Source of the DNA: an uncultured Planctomycetia bacterium
GTDB lineage: Bacteria > Omnitrophota > Gorgyraeia > Duberdicusellales > 4484-171
NCBI GenBank assembly: GCA_964455085.1
Contig: CAYVYJ010000001.1
Span: 84,475 to 140,027 of the forward strand
Length of the DNA stretch: 55,553 bases
Reading direction: 5' to 3'
Numbering within the stretch: the stretch's first letter is position 1; each line of letters begins with the position of its first letter. The position numbers and the translations under genes were made by a program. The notes beneath the pieces are model-generated. The model ran no database searches. It was not told where the DNA came from and saw only the letters and a list, made by a program, of their open reading frames with translations. This document shows, in pieces, positions 1-8,902 of this stretch.

Positions 1-1
1 C

Positions 2-78
2 TGGTTGCGGGGGTAAGATTTGAACTTACGACCTCTAGGTTATGAGCCTAGCGAGCTACCAGACTGCTCTACCCCGCG
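2..78 (-). tRNA. Initiator tRNA-Met (tRNA-fMet), anticodon CAT, with genomically encoded CCA
   Basis: The reverse complement reads CGCGGGG-TA-GAGC-AGTCTGGTA-GCTC-G-CTAGG-CTCATAA-CCTAG-AGGTC-GTAAG-TTCAAAT-CTTAC-CCCCGCA-ACCA, a clean cloverleaf. It has the C1:A72 mismatch and A11:U24 pair typical of bacterial initiators and is near-identical in outline to E. coli tRNA-fMet. Confidence 0.9.
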
Positions 79-250
79 AGTTTTCAAATTTTGTAAACGG
101 GATTGCCTTCGGCTTACCCCGCTAAAATTTTCATTAAATCCTAAATCCGAAATACGACACAAATCCTAATTTTCAAAATTCAAAACTATTTCGAATTTCG
201 ATATTCGAGCTTCGAATTTTAAAATAGCGAGTATTTTGCATTGTAACCTT

Positions 251-547
251 TTATTCTTCGATGTCAATAACTATTTCGCTCTCTTTGGCTATTCCCAACT
301 CTTCCCGGGCTATTCTTTCGTAAAGATAAGGGTCTTTACCTACTCGTTTAAGTTTCTCTTCGTAGTCAGCTATCTCCTCAATCAGTTCTTGATTCTCGAC
401 GTTAAGTCGTCTATTTTCGTTCCTTAGCGTCTTTAACTTGATATAATTAGGGAAATAAATAATTATTGCTGCCAAGCTTAAGCAAAAGATAATTGCTGAT
501 ATTCTCACCCACTTATTACGACTTATGTCTAAAAGTCTTTCCACCAT
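251..547 (-). CDS. ftsB: FtsB/DivIC-type septum formation initiator
   Basis: 98-aa ORF with one N-terminal TM segment, then a coiled-coil ([29 protein letters not shown]) and the tail [12 protein letters not shown]. It sits immediately downstream of eno, the conserved eno-ftsB arrangement. Confidence 0.75.
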   Translation of the reverse strand: MVERLLDISRNKWVRISAIIFCLSLAAIIIYFPNYIKLKTLRNENRRLNVENQELIEEIADYEEKLKRVGKDPYLYERIAREELGIAKESEIVIDIEE

Positions 548-1787
548 AACTCGCCCTCTTACCTAACTCCTCTTCTATTCTCAACAGCTCATTATACTTG
601 GCTACCCGGTCAGTTCGGGATAAGGAACCGGTCTTTATCTGACCACAAAGCTTACCTACTGCCAAATGGGAAATTGTAGTATCCTCGGTCTCGCCGGAAC
701 GATGAGAAATCACTGCCGTATATTTAGCCTTATAAGCCATATCAATTGCAGCCAGGGTTCCAGAAAGTGTTCCAATCTGGTTTACCTTAATCAGAATGGA
801 GTTAGCGGTCTTAGCTTTAATTCCCTGTTTGAGGCGTTTGGTGTTAGTAACAAATAAATCATCTCCCACTAGCTGAATCTTCTTGCCTAATCTCTTAGTA
901 AGCTCGGCCCAACCTTCCCAATCATCTTCATATAAACCATCTTCTAAAGAAATAATCGGATATTTTTTGATTATCTTGGCGTAAAAATCAATCATATAAT
1001 TAGAGTCAACCTTCTTTCCTTCAAATAAATAACAGCCATTCTTATAGAATGAACTTGCGGCCGAATCTAAAGCTAAGGCTATTTCTCTACCCGGTTTATA
1101 GCCAGCCTTTTTAATTGCCTGGATTATTAACTCCAGCGCTTCCTCATTCTTCTTTAGATTAGGAGCAAATCCTCCCTCATCGCCTACTGAAGTTGAAAGT
1201 TTCTTCTTCTTAAGAATACTCTTTAAACTATGAAACACCTCGGTTGCCGCAGCTAAAGCTTTGCTGAAAGTATTAAAACCCAAAGGGGCAATCATAAACT
1301 CCTGAATATCTAAATTGTTGTCAGCGTGGACTCCGCCGTTTACAATATTCATTAAGGGCAGCGGCAAGAGGTTTGCCTTAGCTCCCCCCAAATAGCGGTA
1401 GAGCGGTACACCTTTGGAAGCTGCAGTGGCTTTAGCCACTGCCAAAGATACTCCTAAAATTGTATTGGCTCCTAACTTAGCCTTATTAGCTGTTCCGTCA
1501 AGCTTAATCAGGAACTTATCAATCTTTTTAAAATCAGCTGACATACCCTTTATCTTAGGAAAAATAACTTTATTTACATTATTAACTGCTCCCAGGACTC
1601 CTTTACCTAAAAACCTCTTCTTACCCTTATCTCGCAACTCCAGGGCTTCAAACTCCCCTGTAGAAGCTCCTGAAGGAACAGCAGCCCTGCCCAGAGCTCC
1701 GTCAGTTAAAATTACATCTACCTCAATGGTAGGGTTGCCCCGGGAATCAAGAATCTCTCTTGCTCTTACTAACTTAATCTTCGACAT
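516..1787 (-). CDS. eno: Enolase (phosphopyruvate hydratase)
   Basis: 423 aa and full length. N-terminus [17 protein letters not shown], plus [10 protein letters not shown] and the IKxNQIGT motif. Confidence 0.97.
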   Translation of the reverse strand: MSKIKLVRAREILDSRGNPTIEVDVILTDGALGRAAVPSGASTGEFEALELRDKGKKRFLGKGVLGAVNNVNKVIFPKIKGMSADFKKIDKFLIKLDGTANKAKLGANTILGVSLAVAKATAASKGVPLYRYLGGAKANLLPLPLMNIVNGGVHADNNLDIQEFMIAPLGFNTFSKALAAATEVFHSLKSILKKKKLSTSVGDEGGFAPNLKKNEEALELIIQAIKKAGYKPGREIALALDSAASSFYKNGCYLFEGKKVDSNYMIDFYAKIIKKYPIISLEDGLYEDDWEGWAELTKRLGKKIQLVGDDLFVTNTKRLKQGIKAKTANSILIKVNQIGTLSGTLAAIDMAYKAKYTAVISHRSGETEDTTISHLAVGKLCGQIKTGSLSRTDRVAKYNELLRIEEELGKRASYGGKTFRHKS

Positions 1788-1856
1788 AATCCTCCTTTCC
1801 TTAATTAATAAAAATAAAGAATAAAGCCAGAGAATAAAATAAGTATACCTTATTCC

Positions 1857-2408
1857 CTATTCTGCTTGCTCTTCCGTCTGGATTTGATCTTCGCTCACAC
1901 GCTGGTAAATACCAACTAGCTTAGCTTCAGCAATAATATGACCTTGCATAGCCTCAATAACATCTTTCTTGGAGACACCTTCTTTTAAAGAAAGCATAGT
2001 GTCTAAAGCGTAGAGCTTAAAAGAATAGCGGTGAGCTTTGCCGGGGGGCGGACAAGGCCCTTGATAGCCCACTTTTCCAAAATCATTTATTCCTTGGATA
2101 ACAGAGAGCTGATCTAACTCCTGTTTAAGAATCCCCTCACTGAATCCTTCTGTCTCTGCGGGTATGTTGAAAACTACCCAGTGGACCCAAATTTTAAAAG
2201 GAGCATCCGGGTCATCACAAATAAGAACAAAACTTATCGTATTCTCGGGAACATCGCTAAACTCAAGCGGAGGAGAAAAATCTTGAGCATCACAGGTATA
2301 GCGATCAGGAATATAGCCTTTATTATCTACAACACTACTTTGGATATCCAAAGCAAAAACCGCATGAGCCACCAAGGCAATGACCAAAAAAGCTATTAAT
2401 CTCTTCAT
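1857..2408 (-). CDS. YbhB/YbcL-family PEBP (Raf kinase inhibitor-like) protein with a signal peptide
   Basis: Motifs DDPDAP, HWVVFNIP and GYQGPCPPPGKAHRYSFKLYALD. I moved the start to the internal ATG at 2408, which has AAGGAGGG 8 nt upstream; the ORF-track start at 2447 would overlap dapL. Confidence 0.85.
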   Translation of the reverse strand: MKRLIAFLVIALVAHAVFALDIQSSVVDNKGYIPDRYTCDAQDFSPPLEFSDVPENTISFVLICDDPDAPFKIWVHWVVFNIPAETEGFSEGILKQELDQLSVIQGINDFGKVGYQGPCPPPGKAHRYSFKLYALDTMLSLKEGVSKKDVIEAMQGHIIAEAKLVGIYQRVSEDQIQTEEQAE

Positions 2409-2427
2409 TTTCTCAACCCTCCTTATT

Positions 2428-3594
2428 CTAAATAAGTTTTTTTGCAAAAACTTGTTTTAACTTGAACTTATCTACGGTTAAAGCGAATCTAATAAACCCT
2501 TCGCCACTCTTACCAAATCCTACTCCCGGGGTAACAATAATCCGCTTTTTGGTAAGCAGGTATTTACTAAAATCTAAAGAAGACTTAAATCCTGAAGGAA
2601 TTTTTACCCAGACATAGAAGGTAGAGTCAGCGTAAATATCCTTAAATCCAGATCGCCTTAAATTATCGACAAAATAATCTCTTCTCTGCTTCAGTTTTTT
2701 TCGCAGATCCGAAACAAAAACACTTTCGCCCTCTATAGCCTCAACAGCAGCTTCCTGAATTGCCCCAAAAATTCCCGAATCAATATTAGCCTTTACCTTT
2801 AACAAAATTTTAATAAGCTCTTTGTTCCCGCAAGCCCAACCGACTCTGAATCCTGTCATGCAATAGGTCTTAGATAAAGAATGGAACTCTATAGCAATCT
2901 CTTTTGCGCCCTTTATTTCTAAAATGCTCCTCGGCTTCTGCCCGAAGTAAATCTCAGAATAAGCATTATCATAAGCCAGAATAATTCCGTACTTTAGGCA
3001 GAACTTGACCAGTTCTTTTAAGAATCCTAAGGGAGCCAAAGCTGTAGTGGGATTATTGGGATAATTTAAATATAAAACTTTTGCCTTATTACGTACATTA
3101 CGTGGGATCTTGCTTAAGTCCGGCAAAAAATTATTCGCATCAAGCAACGCGGTCTCATAGACTCTTGCTCCGGCAAAAAAGGCTGCTCCTCGATAACCGG
3201 GATAACCCGGCGAAGGTATAACAACATAATCTCCGCTATCTACCACCCCTAAAGGAAAGTGCACCAGGCCTTCCTTGGAACCGATTAAAGGTAGAATTTC
3301 TTTGTTCTCATCGAGGTTTATCTTAAATCTCTTCTTAGACCACTGCCTTATAGCTCTGCGGAATTTATCCTTACCCTGGTCAAGAGCATATTTTTGATTC
3401 TCCTTTACCCGGGAAGTTACAGCTAAGGTCCTTAAAATCCCCGGGGGAGCCTGAAGGTCCGGATCACCAATACTTAAATCAATAAACTTAACCCCACTTC
3501 TTCTAAGCTGATTCTTTTTTCGGTCAATTTCAGCAAATAAGTACGGGGGTAATCTCTTCATCCGTTTTGATAATTCCCACATCTTAAAATTCAC
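2428..3594 (-). CDS. dapL: LL-diaminopimelate aminotransferase (class I/II aminotransferase)
   Basis: The N-terminus LPPYLFAEIDRKK...IDLSIGDPDL is typical of the DapL-type family, and SLSKTY carries the PLP lysine. The gene is last in a dapF-dapA-dapB string with no dapD/C/E visible. The specificity is inferred from context. Confidence 0.75.
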   Translation of the reverse strand: MNFKMWELSKRMKRLPPYLFAEIDRKKNQLRRSGVKFIDLSIGDPDLQAPPGILRTLAVTSRVKENQKYALDQGKDKFRRAIRQWSKKRFKINLDENKEILPLIGSKEGLVHFPLGVVDSGDYVVIPSPGYPGYRGAAFFAGARVYETALLDANNFLPDLSKIPRNVRNKAKVLYLNYPNNPTTALAPLGFLKELVKFCLKYGIILAYDNAYSEIYFGQKPRSILEIKGAKEIAIEFHSLSKTYCMTGFRVGWACGNKELIKILLKVKANIDSGIFGAIQEAAVEAIEGESVFVSDLRKKLKQRRDYFVDNLRRSGFKDIYADSTFYVWVKIPSGFKSSLDFSKYLLTKKRIIVTPGVGFGKSGEGFIRFALTVDKFKLKQVFAKKLI

Positions 3595-4316
3595 CTACCT
3601 TTAAATAAAACATCATCCATTGAGTAAAGCCCCGGTCTCTTGCCAATAATCCACTCTGCTGCCAGAAGCGCCCCTTGAGCAAAAATATCTCGGGTCTTAG
3701 CGCTATGGCTTAACTCAATTCTGTCTAATTCGCTCTCAAATATTACCTTGTGGTCTCCGATGACCTCATCCTGCCGATCAGCCTTAATATCCTCAAGTCT
3801 TATCTTAAACCCTTGCTCATTGATAATTTCAGCTATTCTTTTAGCTGTCCCTGAAGGAGCATCCTTCTTATGGATATGGTGAACCTCTTGAATATCCACC
3901 TTATAGTTTTTTAAACTATTAGCTGCTATTTTAAGCAATTTAAAAATCAGGTTTACCCCAACACTCATATTGGGAGAAAAGACCAGGGGTATATTCTGGG
4001 CTGCCTCCTTTATCTTAACCTGTTGGTCTTTATTTAAACCGGTAGTACCGATAACCATTGGCTTCTTAAACTTAAGCCCATAATCTAAGTATTCTACGGC
4101 TGCACCTGGTGCGCTAAAATCAACCAAACAATCACAGCCGACAATATCCTGGGGGTTACCACTGATTTTGACCTTACCTTTAAGTTTACCGATATCAGGG
4201 TGGTTTTTATCTTCAAGGCCTAAGACCACGTCCAGCCTCTTATTTTTCCCAGCTAAGGCAATAATCCGCTGACCCATCTTACCACAGGCACCACTGACAG
4301 CGATTTTAATCATCAT
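3591..4316 (-). CDS. dapB: 4-hydroxy-tetrahydrodipicolinate reductase
   Basis: N-terminal dinucleotide fold GACGKMGQ and the signature EVHHIHKKDAPSGTA. Confidence 0.92.
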   Translation of the reverse strand: MMIKIAVSGACGKMGQRIIALAGKNKRLDVVLGLEDKNHPDIGKLKGKVKISGNPQDIVGCDCLVDFSAPGAAVEYLDYGLKFKKPMVIGTTGLNKDQQVKIKEAAQNIPLVFSPNMSVGVNLIFKLLKIAANSLKNYKVDIQEVHHIHKKDAPSGTAKRIAEIINEQGFKIRLEDIKADRQDEVIGDHKVIFESELDRIELSHSAKTRDIFAQGALLAAEWIIGKRPGLYSMDDVLFKGR

Positions 4317-4321
4317 TCCTC

Positions 4322-5200
4322 CTAAACCAGCTTGTATCGCTTAAGCACATCTTTCAAGGTCTTGAGATTAGCCGCGCTCATCTTATAGAGCGGTAACCTA
4401 AGATTAGGCTTAATCTTTTTCATCTCAGCTAAGGCAGTTTTTACCGGTATGGGGTTGGTCTCGATAAAAAGAGCCTTAACTATATCGTAAATATAGAGTT
4501 GCAAGCGTCTGGCTTCCGATAAATTACCCTCTAAGAAGTTAGCAATCAAATCGTGGGTTTGGCGGGGCAAAACATTAGCCACTACTGAAATTGCCCCTAC
4601 TCCTCCCACCGAAAGTATCGGTAAATTAGTTTCATCGCTTCCTGAAAATAATAAAAATTTATCGTCCACTAAAGTCATAAGTTTGGTAATTTGGTCTAAG
4701 GAACCGCTGGCTTCTTTGATTCCCACAATATTCTTGCAATCCTTATAGAGCCTGGCTACAGTCTCAGGAGAAATATTGCTTCCGGTTCGCGAAGGAACAT
4801 TGTAAATAATAATCGGGATGTTTCCGGAATCAGCTACTTTCCTAAAGTGCTGATAGAGTCCTTCCTGAGTCGGCTTATTATAATAAGGAGTAATGACTAA
4901 AGCATAATCGGCTCCTATACTCTGGGCATAATCAGTCAACTCTAGAGCTTCCTTAGTAGAGTTAGAACCGCAACCAGCTAAAACCGGAACTCGGCCCCTG
5001 ACATGGGCCACTGTCAGCTCAATCATCTTTTTATGTTCGGGATAAGTTAAAGTTGCGCACTCACCAGTTGTGCCGCAGGCTAAGATACCATCGGTTTTAT
5101 TCTCGATGTGCCAGTCAATTAATCGCTCAACCTCATCCTTACTTATCTGATTCTGGTCATCAAAAGGTGTGACTAAAGCCACGATACTTCCCTTTAACAT
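4322..5200 (-). CDS. dapA: 4-hydroxy-tetrahydrodipicolinate synthase
   Basis: Motifs CGTTGE, YNVPSRTG and IVGIKEASG (Schiff-base Lys); 292 aa. Confidence 0.95.
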   Translation of the reverse strand: MLKGSIVALVTPFDDQNQISKDEVERLIDWHIENKTDGILACGTTGECATLTYPEHKKMIELTVAHVRGRVPVLAGCGSNSTKEALELTDYAQSIGADYALVITPYYNKPTQEGLYQHFRKVADSGNIPIIIYNVPSRTGSNISPETVARLYKDCKNIVGIKEASGSLDQITKLMTLVDDKFLLFSGSDETNLPILSVGGVGAISVVANVLPRQTHDLIANFLEGNLSEARRLQLYIYDIVKALFIETNPIPVKTALAEMKKIKPNLRLPLYKMSAANLKTLKDVLKRYKLV

Positions 5201-5210
5201 ACTTCCCCCT

Positions 5211-5298
5211 GGTATAATCCTCAGGCATAATCTGGATTATACCTGATTACAATGATTATTAAACATAGATTACAACGATTGATTAATCTGTGTAATCT
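5211..5298 (-). promoter_or_regulatory. Candidate regulatory region upstream of dapA: a GATTA/TAATC pentamer array, two inverted repeats and TATAAT boxes
   Basis: IR1 is ggtataatcc-N13-ggattatacc (5211-5243), with a TATAAT on each strand. IR2 is agattaca-N16-tgtaatct (5267-5298). I count about 10 GATTA/TAATC pentamers in about 125 nt. Confidence 0.4.
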
Positions 5299-5319
5299 TT
5301 CCCTAATCTACACAATCAA

Positions 5320-5349
5320 GACATCCTTCTGCTCTCGTTATAGGATGTC
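5320..5349 (-). terminator. Weak terminator-like hairpin after dapF
   Basis: gacatcct-N14-aggatgtc, an 8-bp stem, begins 3 nt after the dapF stop. T/A runs flank both sides, and the U-tract on the gene strand is poor (ttgattg). Confidence 0.3.
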
Positions 5350-5352
5350 TTT

Positions 5353-6189
5353 TTATATTCCCTTAATTTCTCCTTTATAAACTAAGCAGGCTTTACCTTC
5401 CAGCCAAAGATTGGTTATTTTCTCTCCGACACCAAACGTAACTCTTAAACTATCCCCGCTCTTAGTCGCAACCGACATGGATACTGTCTTCTTTTCCCCA
5501 AGTCGGGGTTTGAGTTTAAGCCAAGAGATGATTGCTGAAGCTACTGCTCCAGTACCGCAAGCTAAAGTCTCAGCTTCCACGCCCCTTTCATAAGTCCTTA
5601 CCGCCAGAGAATTTTTACCCCTTAGCTCTACAAAATTAACATTGGTTCCAGCTGGCTGAAACTGCCGATGGAATCTTACCTCTCTTCCAATTGGTTCAAG
5701 ATTAATCTTATCCAAACCCTCAACAAAAATAACTGTATGGGGCACGCCAGTATTGATAAAATTCACCCTTAGCTTACGGCCTAAAACCTTAAGTGATAAA
5801 TCCAGCTCTAAATCTGAAGGAGTAGAAGTCTTGACCTTAACTGTTAGTGCCTTACCAGAACCAACAACCTTAGCCTCGATGATTCCAGCTTTAGTCTCAA
5901 AATTGATACTTCGTCTCTTCTGTGCTTGATAAGCCCAGAGACCAACCGAACGCGCTCCGTTGCCACACATCTCGGCTTCTGAACCATCAGCATTAAAAAT
6001 TCGCATCTTAAAATCAGCCTTAAGCGACGGCTCAATTACTAATACTCCGTCCGCGCCTACACCTAAGCAGCGACAACAATATTTTCGGGCAAACTTTTGG
6101 TAAAAGGATAGACTCTGCTTAGCCTTAACTTTTAGATTATCGAGAAGAATAAAATCATTACCGGAAGCTTGCAGTTTATAAAACTTCAT
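5353..6189 (-). CDS. dapF: Diaminopimelate epimerase
   Basis: Both catalytic Cys motifs are present, MCGNGARS and ACGTGAVAS, with N-terminal GNDFIL. Confidence 0.93.
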   Translation of the reverse strand: MKFYKLQASGNDFILLDNLKVKAKQSLSFYQKFARKYCCRCLGVGADGVLVIEPSLKADFKMRIFNADGSEAEMCGNGARSVGLWAYQAQKRRSINFETKAGIIEAKVVGSGKALTVKVKTSTPSDLELDLSLKVLGRKLRVNFINTGVPHTVIFVEGLDKINLEPIGREVRFHRQFQPAGTNVNFVELRGKNSLAVRTYERGVEAETLACGTGAVASAIISWLKLKPRLGEKKTVSMSVATKSGDSLRVTFGVGEKITNLWLEGKACLVYKGEIKGI

Positions 6190-6222
6190 AACTCTTTTGG
6201 TTGAAATTGAGCCTCACCTAAA

Positions 6223-7470
6223 TCAAATGATGATTTCGCCTCTAATTAAGTCTTGGTAACTCTCTCGCTTTCTAATTAAATAAGCCTTCCCGTTCTTAAC
6301 CAATACTTCGGCGGCCCTGGGCCGAGAGTTATAATTCGAACTCATGGTAAAACCGTAAGCTCCAGCACCCATAATTGCAATATAGTCATCCTCTCCCACC
6401 ACTATTCCCCGCCCCTTACCCAAGAAATCACCACTTTCACAAATCGGACCGACTATGTCAGCTAACTTTCCACCAGAGGCTCTGGCACCTAACTTTAAAG
6501 GAACGATTTTGTGGTAGGCTTGGTAAAGAGATGGCCGGAATAAATCGTTCATAGCAGCATCAACTATAATAAATCTCTTCCGGGCAGTAACTTTTAGGTA
6601 AATTACTTTAGTTACCAAAATACCGGCATTACCGACGATAAACCTTCCTGGCTCAAGCACAATTTTAAGCCGAAATTTCTTAAGCAGAGGCAAAACTTTT
6701 TTGGCGAATTCTCTGGCGGTCTGAGGTCTCTCCTTATCATAGACTATACCTAAACCTCCGCCAATATTAAGATACTCCAAGCTCACCCCTTCTCGCTTTA
6801 ACTCCCCTATGAGTCGATAGGCTTTCTTAAGAGTCTTTATAAAAGGTTCACTCTTGGTAATCTGGGAACCGATATGCATATGAACAGCACTAATATTTAA
6901 ATGGGGATATTTTTTTCTGGCTAAAAATATACTCTTTATTAACGCCCCTTCCATACCAAATTTAGTTTCTTTCTTGCCGGTAGTAATATAGGAGTGAGTT
7001 CCCGGCTTAACATCAGGGTTAAAACGCAAAGCTATCCTGGTCTTTCTTCCTAACTCAGCGGAAATTCTATTTACTCGTGCCAGCTCCGGTAAAGATTCTA
7101 CATTAAACATTAATATCCCGTATCTTATAGCTTCTCTTATCTCCTGATCCTTCTTACCCACAGAAGCATAAACGATCCTTTTAGCCGGACAATTAATCTT
7201 CTTGGCCCGATAAAGTTCACCGCCTGAGACAATATCTAACCCAGCGCCTCTTGAATTAAGCAGTTTCAATAGGGATAGGTTAGAGTTGGCCTTAACTGAA
7301 TAACAGATTAAAGGCTTAAGCTGCCGAAAAGCTCTCTTCAGCTTAGAGAAGTGATCAATAATAGTCTTAGCACTATAGAGATAGAGCGGGGTGCCGAACT
7401 TCAAAGCCAAATCCCTTACCTTAAAATTCTCACAATATAAATTACCTTTTTTAAAGCTAAAATAATGCAT
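6223..7470 (-). CDS. lysA: Diaminopimelate decarboxylase
   Basis: Orn/DAP/Arg decarboxylase fold with YSVKANSN (PLP Lys), GGGLGI and CESGD. Confidence 0.95.
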   Translation of the reverse strand: MHYFSFKKGNLYCENFKVRDLALKFGTPLYLYSAKTIIDHFSKLKRAFRQLKPLICYSVKANSNLSLLKLLNSRGAGLDIVSGGELYRAKKINCPAKRIVYASVGKKDQEIREAIRYGILMFNVESLPELARVNRISAELGRKTRIALRFNPDVKPGTHSYITTGKKETKFGMEGALIKSIFLARKKYPHLNISAVHMHIGSQITKSEPFIKTLKKAYRLIGELKREGVSLEYLNIGGGLGIVYDKERPQTAREFAKKVLPLLKKFRLKIVLEPGRFIVGNAGILVTKVIYLKVTARKRFIIVDAAMNDLFRPSLYQAYHKIVPLKLGARASGGKLADIVGPICESGDFLGKGRGIVVGEDDYIAIMGAGAYGFTMSSNYNSRPRAAEVLVKNGKAYLIRKRESYQDLIRGEIII

Positions 7471-7476
7471 TTTAGT

Positions 7477-8871
7477 TTATTTGGCCTTAGGGGATTTTAG
7501 GGGAGTGGTCGGCTTAGCCGCCGGTAAAGACTTCTTTGACGCCACTGCATACCTAGGATCCATTATCTTCTTTATGTCCTTGTGGGTTAATTTCCGGTGG
7601 AATTTCTTTAAAATCTTATCGGACATATCTTTTATTTTAATATCTTCATCGTTGGAGTAGCGAATGAGCTTGCCAATGAGCTCATGAGCCTGGCTGAAAG
7701 CAACCCCCCTGTAGACTAAAAATTCTACCAGCTCGGTAGCGTAGAGATCCTGGTCTTCTAATGCTACTTTTAACCGTTCTTTATTTAACTTTAGTTTACC
7801 GATAAGCTCGACTGTAATCTTCAGCTCATTTTTAATTATTTCCACTGAAGAAAAAAGCGGTTCTTTGTCTAATTGCATATCCCGGTTGTAAGCTAAGGGT
7901 AATCCTTTCATGGTGGTAAGGACCGCCAGTAAATTTCCGTAAATTCGACCAGTATTGCCTCGAACTAACTCTAAAAAATCAGGATTCTTCTTATGCGGCA
8001 TCAGGGATGATCCGGTACAGAATTCTTCCGGTAAATCGAAAAATCCAAATTCTTTAGTCGAATAAAGGATAAAATCTTCGGCCAGGCGCGAAAGATGCAT
8101 TTGAATCAAAGACAAGATGTTTAAAAATTCGATAACAAAATCACGGCTGGCAACATTATCTAAAGGATTCCTTACTGCTAATGATTTTGACCGCAAGGAT
8201 AAATGTCTGGTCTTCTCCAGAAATTTCCTTAAAGCCTCACTATAGGCAGCCCGGGGAATAGCACTCCCGGCTAAGGCTCCCGAGCCAATATAAATAGATG
8301 ACTTCTTCAGGAAAGCATCCAAACGCTCAAAATCCCTTTCCAGCATACAAAAAAAGGCACCGGTATAGCTCAAGAAAGAAACCACCTGAGCCCTCTGGGT
8401 ATGAGTATAACCGGGGATAAAACAATCCCGATACTTGTTTCCAAAGTGATTTAAAGAAGATAAAATTACATTCAAGAGGCTGAGAATGTATATTCCCTCC
8501 TTATAACAATACCACTTCTCGTCAAAAACCACTTGATCGTTTCGTGACCTTAAAGTGTGGAGTTTAGAGGCTAACTTACCTACCTTTTTTGCTACCCTAT
8601 TCTGGATATCGGTATGAATATCTTCAACACTTAGATTGGGTTTAAATTTTTCTTCCCTTACTTCCCGGAAAATATCATTTAAGGCTATGGTCAATCTCTT
8701 GGCTTCGCTGCTGCTTAAGAGACCAGCCTCTTTTAAAGCAGCAACATGAATGATAGAGTGATAGATGTCATACTCGGCTAATTTGTAATCATATTGAATA
8801 GACTTCTGAAACTGGAAAAAGTCCTGATTAATTTTCCGCTTAAACCTACCACCCCAAAGTTTCTTAGACAT
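7477..8871 (-). CDS. argH: Argininosuccinate lyase
   Basis: LWGGRF near the N-terminus and the fumarate-lyase signature GSSLMPHKKNPD. I set the start at the ATG at 8871 (GGGAGAAAAAT-ATG), which removes the overlap with argG implied by the ORF-track start at 8916. Confidence 0.95.
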   Translation of the reverse strand: MSKKLWGGRFKRKINQDFFQFQKSIQYDYKLAEYDIYHSIIHVAALKEAGLLSSSEAKRLTIALNDIFREVREEKFKPNLSVEDIHTDIQNRVAKKVGKLASKLHTLRSRNDQVVFDEKWYCYKEGIYILSLLNVILSSLNHFGNKYRDCFIPGYTHTQRAQVVSFLSYTGAFFCMLERDFERLDAFLKKSSIYIGSGALAGSAIPRAAYSEALRKFLEKTRHLSLRSKSLAVRNPLDNVASRDFVIEFLNILSLIQMHLSRLAEDFILYSTKEFGFFDLPEEFCTGSSLMPHKKNPDFLELVRGNTGRIYGNLLAVLTTMKGLPLAYNRDMQLDKEPLFSSVEIIKNELKITVELIGKLKLNKERLKVALEDQDLYATELVEFLVYRGVAFSQAHELIGKLIRYSNDEDIKIKDMSDKILKKFHRKLTHKDIKKIMDPRYAVASKKSLPAAKPTTPLKSPKAK

Positions 8872-8902
8872 ATTTTTCTCCCTGGCTGTTGTTAAACCCT
8901 TC

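Noticed and set aside
1-250. The tRNA gene at the window edge as an integration hotspot for a mobile element.
   Set aside because: There is no integrase, direct repeat of the tRNA 3' end or foreign-looking gene on the visible side. The other side of the tRNA lies outside the window.
1414-1824. Long plus-strand ORFs antisense to real genes: 1414-1824 in eno, 12244-12597 in argB, 18386-18736 in the kinase, 36670-37011 in radA, 42816-43109 in clpC, and similar cases.
   Set aside because: Each lies wholly inside a well-supported minus-strand gene and has low-complexity Ser/Leu/Pro/Ile-rich translations with no SD. They are typical shadow ORFs of the opposite frame.
5201-5352. A lysine riboswitch (L-box) upstream of dapA.
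   Set aside because: The gap is only 152 nt and very AT-rich. I cannot find any of the conserved L-box blocks, such as the GAGGCGC-type P1 start or the G-rich junction motifs. It still deserves a formal Rfam scan.
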